Assembly (NCBI GenBank): GCA_918797485.1
Contig: CAKKNE010000005.1
Coordinates: forward strand, 3,782,001 to 3,846,000
DNA: 64,000 nt
Direction: 5' to 3'
From: Pelagomonas calceolata
Lineage: Eukaryota
In this document: piece after piece, positions 21,129 to 32,040 of the stretch
Layout: the number at the start of each line of letters is the position of its first letter
How positions within the stretch are numbered: the first letter of the stretch is position 1
Program-made: the position numbers and the translations under genes
The notes under the pieces: generated by a model
What the model was told of the DNA's origin: nothing
The model's database searches: none
The model's input: the letters and a program-made list of their open reading frames with translations, nothing else

Positions 21129-22076
21129 ATGGCACCATTCCCCCACGAGCTCGGCATCGGGACCAATAAGTGGAAGCTAAAGCACATCGACGCGGTCCAG
21201 GCGACCTTCGGCGCGGCCTTGGACGCGGGCATCTCGTTGTTCGACACGGCGCAGTGCTACGCCTCGAGCGAGGCCTGTCTCGGCTACGTGCGGAAGCGCG
21301 ACCGCGAGCCGTTCGTCGTTACCAAGTTCGACAGTCTGCGCGGCGGCCCGGACCGCCTCATACCAACATTACGCAAGAGCCTGTTTGACTTGGATCTGGA
21401 GTGTGTCGACGCTTATTTGGTGCACTTTCCCCGCGGCGATGTCGAGGCGCTGGCGGCGGCTTTGGCAGAAGCGGTCGAGCTTGGTTTAACGAAGCGCGTC
21501 GGCTGCTCGAATTTTGGGCGTTCGGAAATGCTCGAGCTGCGCCGTGCTTTAATGAAGCGGGGCGTGTCCCTTGATATTGTGGAGATCGAGTTCTCGTTGT
21601 TGAGGCGGCGGACCGAGGCTTTAGTAAACGAGTGCAGGGATCTAGGCATCACCGTGCTCGCGTGGGCGCCGCTGGGCTCGGGACGCCTCGTCCACGCATG
21701 CACGGACGCGCGGACGCGGGCCGTGGCCGGCATGCTCGCCGTGATCGCGCGGCGCCGCGGGAGGACGCCGGCGCAGGTGGCCCTGAACTGGGTCATCTGC
21801 AAGGGCGCCGTGCCCATCCCCGGCGCGCGGACGAAGGCGCAGGCCGTCGAGAACTGCGGCGCGGCGGGCTGGCGGCTGTCGCCGGAAGACGTCCAGGCGC
21901 TCGACGCCGTCGCCGTGCTGGACGGGGGGTACTACAACGACCCCGAGGCCGTCCTGACGTTCCTGCGCCTGCAAATACGCTTGCCGGCGTTCTTCCGAGG
22001 CGTCGTCCACGCGGTCGTGCGCTTTTGCCTTCGCGTCGGGGCGTACTTCCTGCCGCTGCAGCGGGATGACGCCTAG
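21129..22076 (+). CDS. Aldo-keto reductase (pyridoxal-reductase-like)
   Basis: LFDTAQCY, VGCSNFG, LAWAPLGSG, TPAQVALNWVICKGAVPIPGA. Confidence 0.88.
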   Translation: MAPFPHELGIGTNKWKLKHIDAVQATFGAALDAGISLFDTAQCYASSEACLGYVRKRDREPFVVTKFDSLRGGPDRLIPTLRKSLFDLDLECVDAYLVHFPRGDVEALAAALAEAVELGLTKRVGCSNFGRSEMLELRRALMKRGVSLDIVEIEFSLLRRRTEALVNECRDLGITVLAWAPLGSGRLVHACTDARTRAVAGMLAVIARRRGRTPAQVALNWVICKGAVPIPGARTKAQAVENCGAAGWRLSPEDVQALDAVAVLDGGYYNDPEAVLTFLRLQIRLPAFFRGVVHAVVRFCLRVGAYFLPLQRDDA

Positions 22077-22143
22077 TGTTTTGGTAAGTTTGTTTGTTTG
22101 TTTCCAACGAGCGTTCCTTACGAACTAGATACGAACGAGAGGA

Positions 22144-22577
22144 CTAGGCCGCGCGCCTCGCCGCCGGCTGCCCGGCCGGGGGAGGTACTCCTTTAATCGC
22201 GGCGACTATAGCCAAGGTGAAGATGAATCCCATGATACGGCTAAAGGCCGGGTGAATCCCATACTCCTCCTCCCAGCGTTTCAACTCGGCTTCCTGAGCG
22301 TCGAGCCACTCCGTAATAAAGGACTTTGCTCGTTTGTGCCGGCCGTCCTTTTCGCGGCCGCCCGCTGGCGCGGTCCAGTTGCAACCCCGCGCCCACCACG
22401 CCTGCTTCGCGAGCAGCTCGGCGTCGGAAAGGAAGCCGTACTCGAGCGCTTGGTCCCTCTCTTTGACGTAGAGCTCGACCAGCGCCCGCCCGCCGAAGCA
22501 CGCTGGCGTCGAGGTGCGTCCAGGGGTTCGGCGGCGCCGCGCCGCGCCGTCGCGGAGGCATTGTTCGTGAGAGGTCT
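22144..22577 (-). pseudogene. Start-less coding-like fragment
   Basis: Open frame ...RALVELYVKERDQALEYGFLSDAELLAKQAWWARG...EWLDAQEAELKRWEEEYG...IFTLAIVAAI* has no in-frame ATG near its 5' end. Confidence 0.3.
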
Positions 22578-22846
22578 TCTAGGCCGTGGCGCTATGAGAA
22601 CTGCGGCCGCGGGTGCGCGCGAGAGCGCGCGAGAGCGCGCGAGATCCCAGATCTAATTTCAAATGAATTGGAGAGCGCTCTCCTCCTCAGATGTCAGGCC
22701 GCGCGCCGGCCTGTCTGCGTCTGGCGGCGCTTTTTGGCCGCGCGCGAGTCAGTCCTTCCTTGTCCGCGAGCAAAAGCGGCAAGCGCTAAGCTGAAAAACC
22801 CGCTCCATCATTGGAAGTCACGATAGATTCCTTTTACACACAACGA

Positions 22847-24689
22847 CTAGCCAGCGAAGAACCCCCACGACGCGATCCGCGCCAAACCAGAAGGTTCTTC
22901 ATCTTCGAGTTCGGTCGCGAACCCCTCCGAGACGTCGGCCTCGAACGCGAGGTCGTCCGCGTCCTCGATCCGCTGTTTACGTGGAGGACGCATCCGGAGC
23001 TTGCGCGCCTGTCGATTCGCCGTCGCCGTCCGATGGAAGGCCAACGCCGACAGCACGAAGAAGACGTCGACGCTGTCGTAGCGGTCCATCGCCGGGAAGC
23101 CCGTCCAGGCCGGCCCAAAATGGTCCATGTCACTGAGGAAAACGCAGGTCGCGCCCGGTAAGGCCGTGTCCGTCCTGGCGCATAACCCGTCGACGGCGCC
23201 GCCTCTATCTCTACCATAGCGGTACCGGTAGTATTCTACTACTGGCGAGAGTAATGCTGCCGGTTCATGGGTTGCGGCGGCGCATAAGCAGACGGTGGGC
23301 ACCCAATCATTGCCAGTATCTCCCCGAAGCGCGGGGTGCACCCACCACCTCGTGGCGTGCTTCTTGTAGTATTCTTTCCTAGCGTCGTAGGTGAGGTCGG
23401 CGACGGCGCCCAATCCAGCGCCTCTTAGTAATCTACCGAACAACGTATCCAGGATCGATGATAGTACTCTCGTCCGGATCGCGTCGTGGGCCGTGATCGC
23501 GCCGCCGAAGGGCCCCTGGCATGCCACGAAGCCGCACAGCCTCGCTTTTTGCTGTGGTTCCAAGTCGTGGACAACACTGGCAGCATCCAAAGCGCCCTTC
23601 GAGTGGGCATATATTAAAACGCTTCGCGACGACGAAGATAGTAACTGTTCGATCTCTTTCTTGACAACTAGCGAGTTTTCTGCACTTGTCGCGTCCGAGT
23701 CGCATCGCGAGAAGTGGTAGTCGATCGCACAATGGTCCAGGGCCTGTGCGGAAATCAAATTTCAGGCGCCCCACGCCATCGACGCGACGTTGTCCATGTG
23801 ATAACCTAACTCACTGGTTGATTTCCACACGGCGTCGAGCCTGCCGGAGGTGGACCCAGTACAACGGGTACCACTTCGTCCACAATCCAGGAATCAACAA
23901 CACGGAGACGCCGTCCCAGCCGCCCTGTTGTGGCGGCAGGCCAAAAACGTCTATCAACAACTTCCGCGTCACGACGCCGTCCTTCCTCCTCCCAAGTTCT
24001 CGCAACTTCGCGTGGAACTGCGCCGTCTGGTCGACGAGCAACGGCGCCTCGGGCTCGCGCAGCAACCAGCCCACGTGGCCCTCGCTGTGGGTCTTGAAGT
24101 CATTTAACGGTTGATTGTTGCCCCACTCATGTAAATCCTGGCCCAGCTCCTCGAAGGCGCCCGCAAATAAACCCTCGAGCGTCGACGTCGAGGGCGTCCG
24201 CGCTTGGCGGCGCCTTCGCAGTAACCGCGCGGCCACGCGTCTCGTCAGCGAGAACGAGATGGTAGCACTGACGACAATCGCCGTGCTTCCCGCGATCTGG
24301 CAGCTCTTCGCGACCGTCTCCAACAGGTGCCCGAGGGACGTGCGGATGGCGCCTCTCTTTAAAGGTGTCCCCCGATGTAAGGCTTCGTTGATGAGCGATC
24401 CAATCACTAATAACCGGCCGCCGGTCCAGGCGGCACCGACGACCTTGTGCACACCTAATAATCCCAGCTGCGGTGCTCTTGGACTGCGCGGCTCCTGCTG
24501 CGACTTGCGTCTTCTGGAAGTTTCGCGGCTCACGGCCTCGGACGCCTCGCGCAGCGCCTCTTCGACGAGCTCCTGGTCATTCCGCGCCTCGCGGTGGATC
24601 CTTACCCCCAGATGGATCGCCGCGGCGGCCGCGGCGGCGGCGGCGGCGGTGCCGATCGCGGTCCACTGGCTGTCGCGCGGGCGGTCCAT
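22847..24689 (-). CDS. Alpha/beta hydrolase (lipase/acyltransferase-like); join(24689..23841,23743..22847)
   Basis: LLIPGLW, AHSKG nucleophile elbow, VDGL, MDH; 97-nt GC-AG intron joins the two ORFs in frame. Confidence 0.82.
23744..23840 (-). mobile_element. Introner-like intron (TIR element)
   Basis: Ends cctgtgcggaaatcaa / ttgatttccacacgg; the TIR supplies the AG acceptor; GC donor. Confidence 0.8.
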
Positions 24690-24873
24690 GGCTTTGCTTA
24701 GAGCTCGGCCGCAGCCACCGATGGCTTCTCCTCTGCGGTTTTGTTAGGAGCTCTTTGCGTTCGTGCGACGAGAAACGGTAGCAAGCGCGTGATAACGTGC
24801 CAAGTCTAATAAATCAATTACAATCTGTAGGCCGAGTAAGCAGCTCGGAGCCTCGCCGCAAAAAAGTCGGATT

Positions 24874-24897
24874 ACTAGCGGCTTGTAAGACACTAGC
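24874..24897. promoter_or_regulatory. CTAG-bipartite upstream element
   Basis: actagcggcttgtaagacactagc, 185 nt upstream of ATG 24689(-). Confidence 0.7.
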
Positions 24898-25146
24898 CTT
24901 TTATAGCGGGAGGGGCGGGGACCCCGCGACGTAACTAGCCTGAGCCTTTATTTTTGTCATCTAAAGACATACTTAGATTGGAACTAGGGCATTTGGCGCG
25001 AACGCCGTCGACCTGGAACTCGCCCGGCCGCCGACCGGCCGGCTCCAAGCACCGTGCACGCCAGAGATAACGAGGCCGGCGCCGCGGGCCAGGAACTACA
25101 CGTGTCTACTCCATACTTCGCCTTACTCCCAAAGCCACCAACAACC

Positions 25147-25947
25147 TCAGTCCTCCTTCGTGAGCCCGTCCCACGCGCGCACGGCCTTCTTCAGGAGCGA
25201 CCGGTAGCCGATCGGCGCGAGCACGACGTTCACGAGCGGCAAAGCACACACCCCTTTGACGAGCAGCGAGTCCGCGGCCTGCAGCCGCCCCCACAGGCCC
25301 ATCGTCTCCGCCGCGACGCCGAGCGGGAACGTGATCAGCGGCACGAAGCTCCGCATAGCCAACGTATAGGCGTTTGGAACGACGTAGTACGGGTACCGGG
25401 CCAGCTCCGTCGCGGACCAGGCCTGCAGAATCACACGCGTGTAGGCGAAGGGTAATACTTGGTGGTACACAATCAGGCGCGTGGCGTGCAACACCAAACC
25501 CATCTTGACGTTGCCTTTTAGTTCACCTTTTATCATCCTCAAGACTTCCGCGCAGCACATGAGCTCCAGAATCAGGACGAGCTTCTCGTTGTAGGCCGCC
25601 GACGCTAACACTGCAGACCACCCAATCCAGGCCAACACGTTGAGCACCGTCCAGATCTGATACGACTTGGGCGGCGGCAGGCCCTGCTCCTTGGCGTAGG
25701 CGGCGCGGATCGCCGCGAGGTCGTCCGCCATGGCGCGGGCATGGTGGTCGTCTGCCGTATTATTGATCCTCGGCTTGGGTGCCGGCGACTTGGCCCGCGG
25801 CTTCGCCGGGCTCTTCGCGCGCGGCTTCGCCGGCGACTTGGCTGCGGGCTTCGCGGGGCTCTTGGCGGCCGGTTTCTTGGCGGCGCGGGCCGGGCTTTTG
25901 GCCCTCGGCTTGGCCGGGCTTTTGGCGGCGGGCTTCTTCGGAGGCAT
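25147..25947 (-). CDS. 3-hydroxyacyl-CoA dehydratase (HACD/PTPLA/PHS1 family) with basic AKSPAKP-repeat N-terminus
   Basis: AWSATELARYPYY, FPLGVAAE; multiple TM segments. Confidence 0.78.
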   Translation of the reverse strand: MPPKKPAAKSPAKPRAKSPARAAKKPAAKSPAKPAAKSPAKPRAKSPAKPRAKSPAPKPRINNTADDHHARAMADDLAAIRAAYAKEQGLPPPKSYQIWTVLNVLAWIGWSAVLASAAYNEKLVLILELMCCAEVLRMIKGELKGNVKMGLVLHATRLIVYHQVLPFAYTRVILQAWSATELARYPYYVVPNAYTLAMRSFVPLITFPLGVAAETMGLWGRLQAADSLLVKGVCALPLVNVVLAPIGYRSLLKKAVRAWDGLTKED

Positions 25948-26170
25948 GTTGGATGCGCTTTTGAGGACGTCGAGCTGGAGTTATCCCCGCCGGCGCAATA
26001 GACAGGGAGCTTTTGGGCGCGCTGGCGTTACGCTGTGTTTTGCCGCTTTGAGCAGCAAAAAAGAGCAGGGAGTGGCGGCGCGCGAGGCTGGAGTGTCCTT
26101 CGCGCAAGCGCAACGTTGAGGGAGGCTGTGTGCGAGTAGCCTGCGTGAGAAACTACCAAAGCCAAGCGAA

Positions 26171-26193
26171 GCTAGCGTCTGAAAGACACTAGC
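26171..26193. promoter_or_regulatory. CTAG-bipartite upstream element
   Basis: gctagcgtctgaaagacactagc in the divergent HACD/legumain region. Confidence 0.65.
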
Positions 26194-26355
26194 AAGCATT
26201 TTTGTCAACTTCACATCAGCCAAAACGCTGCGCATAGCCCCTACCAGTGACTCGCAACACGTTCCAAGGCTCGCCCAGTGCCTCTTAGAACGCCGCACAC
26301 AAGAGCTGCCATTCATACGCCCTGCGTTAACAGCACAAAGCACCGGAACAAAATC

Positions 26356-27738
26356 ATGTACACAGCCTCTTTCGTTAGCCTCCTAGCCTCCGCGTCAGCC
26401 TTCGTGCTTCCGGAGGGCCCGTGGGAGCACCACTGGGCGGTAATAGTCGCCGGGTATCCGCGCCGCGTCCGCACCGCAATGTCAACGCCAGCCCAACGCC
26501 GCCGCCGCAGGTCCAACGGCTACGGCAACTACCGCCACCAGGCCGACGCCTGCCACGCCTACCAGATCGCCAAGAAGAAAGGTATTCCGGAAAAGCAGAT
26601 CATCTTATTTATGTACGACGACATCGCCCACAGCACGGAGAACCCGATCCCCGGCAAGGTCTTCAACAAACCTGATGGGACGGACGTTTATCATGGCTGC
26701 AAGGCGTCGTACACGGGCAAGGACGTGTCGGCCGCAAAGTTCTTGGCCGTGCTGACTGGAGACAAAAAGACCGCGAAGGGCCCGGTCCTCCGGTCCTCGA
26801 AGCACGACAACGTCTTCATCTACTACGCGGACCACGGCGCGCCGGGTCTCATCGCGATGCCCGAAGATCAAGAACCGGTCTATGCGAAAGATCTGAATGC
26901 GGCTTTGGTGGAGATGAAGGAGAAGGACATGTACAATCGCCTCGTCTTCTACCTCGAGGCTTGTGAGTCGGGCTCGATGTTCAAGGGCATCCTCGCAGAG
27001 GACACGAAGGTCTACGCCACCACCGCGGCGAACGAGGAGGAGTCCTCGTTTGGCACGTACTGCGACGAGGACGCCGTGGTGAATGGAACGAACTTACATA
27101 CTTGTCTCGGCGACCTCTACTCGGTCTCCTGGCTCGAGGACGCCGATAGCGCCTTCCCGCGCGAGTCGCTGCAGCGCCAGATGGCCAAGGTCGTCAAGGA
27201 GACGAAGGAGAGCCACGTCCAGATCTTCGGCGACACGAGCTTCGCGGGCGACTTCGCCGGTGCTTTTGAAGGAGATGCGAAGGACAAGCACGGCTACCTT
27301 CGCGGCGACGCCAAGGCCCAGGTCCGCACGGGCGTCGACGCGCGCGCGGCGACGCTGTCCTACTACCGCTCCAAGGCCAAGGCCGGCCTGCCCGGCGCGC
27401 GCGAGGCGTACCTCGCCGAACTGGCCTTCCGCACGGAGACGTCGGTGCGCTTCGACGCCATCGCGCACGCTCACGGCGTCGTCGTGGACGTGGACGTCGT
27501 TTACCGTGGACGTGGCTTCGACGCCATCTCTCACCCGAGCGTCGTCACCGACGACGTGGCGTCGTTCACCGACGAGACGTGGGACTGCTACAAGGCGGCG
27601 GTGGACGCCGTGCGCCTCTCGTGCCCGCGCGGCATCAACGACGAGCACGTCATGGACCACCTCAAGATCCTCGCGGGAATCTGTGAGGCGGAGCCATCGT
27701 CGGACGTCGCGGCGTCGGTGCGCGCCGCGTGCGCCTGA
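26356..27738 (+). CDS. Legumain / vacuolar processing enzyme (peptidase C13); join(26356..26453,26511..27738)
   Basis: WAVIVAG|SNGYGNYRHQAD, YYADHG, YLEACESGS; in-frame 57-nt GT-AG intron. Confidence 0.93.
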   Translation: MYTASFVSLLASASAFVLPEGPWEHHWAVIVAGYPRRVRTAMSTPAQRRRRRSNGYGNYRHQADACHAYQIAKKKGIPEKQIILFMYDDIAHSTENPIPGKVFNKPDGTDVYHGCKASYTGKDVSAAKFLAVLTGDKKTAKGPVLRSSKHDNVFIYYADHGAPGLIAMPEDQEPVYAKDLNAALVEMKEKDMYNRLVFYLEACESGSMFKGILAEDTKVYATTAANEEESSFGTYCDEDAVVNGTNLHTCLGDLYSVSWLEDADSAFPRESLQRQMAKVVKETKESHVQIFGDTSFAGDFAGAFEGDAKDKHGYLRGDAKAQVRTGVDARAATLSYYRSKAKAGLPGAREAYLAELAFRTETSVRFDAIAHAHGVVVDVDVVYRGRGFDAISHPSVVTDDVASFTDETWDCYKAAVDAVRLSCPRGINDEHVMDHLKILAGICEAEPSSDVAASVRAACA

Positions 27739-27817
27739 TCTCTCTGTGTACCTTAACGCGCGACCGAAGCAGCGCGACTGTGCCTATACCCCTACGTAAC
27801 GTGATTTCTTGTTAATT

Positions 27818-28945
27818 TTAAATCTCCCTAGACGCCATCGCATCTCGGAGCTCCGCTCGCGAGTTTTGTAGGGATCGCTCAATCCCCATTGTGGTTGGGT
27901 GCGCGCCACCAAGTACGCGCCGCGCGGTTCTTTCTATGTCCTCAAGCGTCGTCACTGCCTCGTTGAGATCGTCGAGCGTGGCACCGGCGTCCTCGCAGAG
28001 CGCCCGCGCGTAAATCCACCTCATCTTGAACGTGCCTTCATGCGACTGCCCAAAAACGCGCTGCGCGACGGGTATCACTTTGCGCAGCAGTGCCTTGGCT
28101 TCTGGGAAGCGCTTTAGCTCAGCAAGGACCGCCGCGCAGTTGTTAGCTGCTACGAGGGTTCCTACATACTCTTCGCCATGGAGCCTCAAAGTTCTTGAAT
28201 ATACGATCTTTCGCATGCGTAGGGCATCCTCATTCCTTCCAATATTTTGATACGTGTTTGCAAGATTGCCCTGCGCGACGAGAATGTTCTCTTCTGCTGC
28301 GCCAATGCGCCGCAGCATAGACAACTCGGCCTCCTGCACAGATAATGCGTCCTTGTATTGTCTTGCGTCGAATAAACCGAGCGCAAGGACACTTATCGCC
28401 ATGCGTCGAGCAGTGTCCGTCTCCGGCCGACCCACGTACGTCTTCCAGCACGCCCATCCGAGCGCGCAGTACACGACCCCATGGTAGTATTGCTCGCACA
28501 GGCCACACGCGTACCAGCGCTCAAGCTTCTTATTTATCGCCTTGAGGCCCAGATTATTCTTCTCGGCCTCGTCACACAAAATCTTCGCCTGCTCCGCCAG
28601 GCACGAGACGTGCGCAAAACCCGACGTCCCACGGCACGCGCACATTCGCACGAGGCCCTCCTTCGTCTTCCAATGGACGGCCTCCGTGCAGATGTAGCAC
28701 GTATGGCCCTTCGTGTCGGCCGCGCATTTCTTGACCGCGACCGCGACGGCCTCCTTGTATTTTTTGTCGGCGTGGTATTTTTCCGCGTTGCCGCCGCGGT
28801 GTATTTCCTTACAAATCTGCTTGTGGCCGCGGCGCCAGTGGTCCATTTGGCAAGTCCGATTGCAGTATCTAACCTTACATCTAACACATCGCGGCGCGTT
28901 GTGGGCCAGTGGGGCGGCGCAGGCGGCGCAATTTGTGAGGATCAT
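27818..28945 (-). CDS. MYND zinc finger + RINGv + TPR-repeat protein
   Basis: CAAC..CVRC..YC..CQMDHW..HKQIC; CYIC..CACRGTSGFAHVSC; kinesin-light-chain-type TPRs. Confidence 0.85.
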   Translation of the reverse strand: MILTNCAACAAPLAHNAPRCVRCKVRYCNRTCQMDHWRRGHKQICKEIHRGGNAEKYHADKKYKEAVAVAVKKCAADTKGHTCYICTEAVHWKTKEGLVRMCACRGTSGFAHVSCLAEQAKILCDEAEKNNLGLKAINKKLERWYACGLCEQYYHGVVYCALGWACWKTYVGRPETDTARRMAISVLALGLFDARQYKDALSVQEAELSMLRRIGAAEENILVAQGNLANTYQNIGRNEDALRMRKIVYSRTLRLHGEEYVGTLVAANNCAAVLAELKRFPEAKALLRKVIPVAQRVFGQSHEGTFKMRWIYARALCEDAGATLDDLNEAVTTLEDIERTARRVLGGAHPTTMGIERSLQNSRAELRDAMASREI

Positions 28946-29007
28946 TTTGGTCTGGCGCGAGGCGGTATGCGGGTCGCGTTCGAGGGTGTGGCTTTTTGCT
29001 TGGTATT

Positions 29008-29031
29008 GCTAGTGTCTTACATGCCGCTAGT
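29008..29031. promoter_or_regulatory. CTAG-bipartite upstream element
   Basis: gctagtgtcttacatgccgctagt in a divergent region. Confidence 0.7.
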
Positions 29032-29215
29032 AATCGTGGCACAAGTCGCAAAGCGCCGCAGTTGCCACAAGCGTGCACCACGCGTGTCTGCAGCACAGCA
29101 GTCGACGCAGCCGCTCATCAAGAACGACCTCTGAAGAGCTGCGCCCTCACGTAGACGCAGACCAAGCAGACAGCCGCCTCGCTGCCAGCTCGTCAGCCAG
29201 CCGCACAGATCAAAA

Positions 29216-32040
29216 ATGGACGTCAAAGAGGGCGCAGGCACCGCGGTCCAGGACTCTATTGTCAACGCCGCAAAGAAGTACCTCGGCGAACTCCCAGCGG
29301 CTTCATTACTAGACACATCGTCGGTCGACGCCATAAACCCCTTCACTAGATCGGGCCTAACTCCAGAACAGCTCCGGGACTTCTTCGCGGCAGCAGCCAA
29401 GGCCGGGAGAAAAACGACGCCGACGACGGAGTCGGGGAACGTCTATGCAGTTAGCAAAGCTTTCCACGCATTAAATGGCCCGCTTGTCGTCGACGAGTAC
29501 TTAAACAAACTGCGTTCACTAGATGCGTCTGATTTGCAACGAGCTAGGGCCTTCGTCGAGGCCGTGGCCTTGGATGCCGAGTTGAGGAATAGGAACCCGC
29601 TGCATCCCTCGGCGACGGACGCGTTGGTCATCGGAACACTACTCGACTTCCCGAAGCAGCTGTTCGGCTTCCCGTACGCCTGCTACGCCACCGACGGGCG
29701 GGAGAGTTTATCGTTGTGTCTCTACGCGTACCGGTTGAGGACTGGTTCTAGAAGGATCGTCGGCGACGCGAGCGACGAGACGCTCAAAGGCGTCGCATCG
29801 AGGCTGGGCATGACGGTCTGTAGTGATTTAGATGGAGCGGCCTGCGTCGTCGCCACCTTATCAGATCTGTCGTTATGTGAAGAAGCATCGAGGCGAGGCG
29901 TGCCGGTCCACGTGCGCTGCACCGACTCTGAATTGCGACAACTCCTAACCAAACCTCTATGCCACGTCCGCTTCCCATGCAATGTGAGTTCTTTATCAAT
30001 AGACGACGGCGTCTTCACGTGCGGCTATTCGCTGTACCGAGACTTGACGCTGCGAGACGCGCACATGGACGTGGCGCTGCGGTGGCAGGCGGCCTACCTG
30101 TCGCCGAACGAAGGGGGCTCCGGCGCGAGCGCGCCCTTATTCTTGGATTTCTGCACGGCGTGCTTGGGGCGAGACGCGTTAGCAGTGTTAGCGTCACAAG
30201 AACCGTATGAAGACCCAGAGCCATGTTGGGATCCTACGACGGTACAAGCTTCCCGAAAACTCCCTCCCGTCAAAGACCCGTTGACCTGGGCGCGGCGACA
30301 ACTCGCTAGCACAAAATCTAGAAAAGACTTCGAGGGCGACCTTGTCGCGTTCCAGCGCCACTTCCTCGGCGGCTTGCAGAAAGATGTCGAGGCCGTGTCG
30401 ACGGGAGGAGGTACGCGCTCGATAAACGTCGCCTTCGAGACGGTACTACGGAGTTTACCAGAGGGCTTCGGCCGCCCTCGCGTCCTCACGGGAAACCCCC
30501 ATCTAGCTGTGGAAAGAGCTGAGAGACGCTTCGGCTTCGCTTTGACGCGATTGGAGGTTGATGGTGCCATTGATTTATCAAAACTCGCACGAGAACTACA
30601 TGCACCAGATGTGATCGCCGTCTACGCGCAGTCTTTGTCTTACACTGATGGCATCTCCGACGACGTGCCGCGCGTCCTGGATCTGCTGGAAGCGGTGAAT
30701 GCGACGCGCGTCAAGAATGGTGATGTTGCCGTCGCGCTCATCAACGACTGCTGCCTCGCGTTTTCCGTGTTGGTGCATCAGCCCGCGTACCGCTTGCTCG
30801 ATCGGACCACGACGCATACTCCAGTGTTGATGACGTTGGATGCGCACAAACACCTAGGCGCGGACAAGGGTCTGTCAACGGTTGTGGGGACGAAGGGTTC
30901 CTTACGAGCGTTGCGGGGTGCTTTACGGGTCGGCGCTCGACCGACGCGCGCCGCTTTGGTCAGAGCTCTGGCGAACGTCGCGTCGGTGACCGCGTCTGGA
31001 TACGACACCATCTATCGTAATTTAGCGTCGAGAGTGAAGGTCGTTGAGGAGACCTGCTCTTCCCTTAGTTTGGAGGTGGTCCACGCTTGTCACAGAAAAG
31101 AGGGCTCGACCGTCTTGGCGGTCCACGACCCCGCGTGTCGAACGCAGAAATTACTTTCAAAAAGGAACCACAAGGCCACGTTCCTGTACAACCTGCACCC
31201 CTTGGATCGAACGAGGTGCCAGTACGGCTGGTGCCTGAGCTTCACGCCGCACTGCCTGCGCGAGCTCGACGGGGCGACGGCGTTAGATGTTTTTGTGAGG
31301 GATTTGAAGGTCTGCGCGTCAAAGGCGCCGTCCCGGGCGTCGAACTCTATCGTCTCGATCTTAATGAAGGGTGGCGCCGAAGAGCCGTGGCTGTTCTCGT
31401 TCCTGCGTGGAAATCAAACTTTTCGGCGCGTTCTCGGCCCCCACGCCGTCGTCATGACGTCGACGGGACTCGATTCCAGGAATGATGGCCGGGGGTGGTT
31501 TCTTTTTCGATTTTGAGCCGATGCGGACCGCGTCGGGGCCGGGTTCCGAGAGTACTGGTGAAAGGTCGAGAAGGGCGGTGGCGCGCGTCGTGCGTCGGTG
31601 GCGCGCGGTCGGGGGACTCCCGGCGTCGCACCGACGTTGTTGGTGTGTCTTGGGACCCCTATCCCGTGCCGTCGGTGGCCGCCGTCGCGGCGTCGTCCGT
31701 CGCCCGGCACGCCATCGACGCGACGCCTGCTCGATGGCGTGGCGATGCCGGTCCTCACCGCTCGACCGAGCCAGGACGGCCGCGTCATCGCCGAGAATGA
31801 CTTAGTGAAGAATTGTCGGGTGCACCCGACTCTGGTTGATTTCCACACAGGTTCTCGTTTTTGTGGGCGCCGGGGCTCGGACGGGCAACGGGCTCGCTCA
31901 TTTTGCGGCGGCTCTTCACGCGGCTGCTCGACGCGGGCGTGGGGAAGCCTCGGTGTAGGAACCCCGCGGCGGTGCTCGCGGTGTGGTGCTTGCTTTTCGT
32001 CGTCGCGTTGTTGGCGTTTGCGCGGCTGTTTTCTTCGTAA
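29216..32040 (+). CDS. PLP-dependent decarboxylase / sphingosine-1-phosphate-lyase-like protein; join(29216..31392,31851..32040)
   Basis: NPLHP, STGGGTRSI, LDAHKHLG (PLP lysine). Removing the intron gives ...WLFSFLWAPGLG... with a C-terminal TM and TAA at 32040. Confidence 0.72.
31393..31850 (+). mobile_element. Introner-like intron with 8-bp TSD and nested repeat
   Basis: TSD ttctcgtt at 31394-31401 and 31852-31859; TIR cctgcgtggaaatcaa (31402-17) / ttgatttccacacagg (31836-51). Confidence 0.88.

Noticed and set aside
22180..22330. Possible snRNA/ncRNA in an AT-richer stretch
   Set aside because: No U-snRNA motifs were recognised; it is better explained by a coding-like minus frame.
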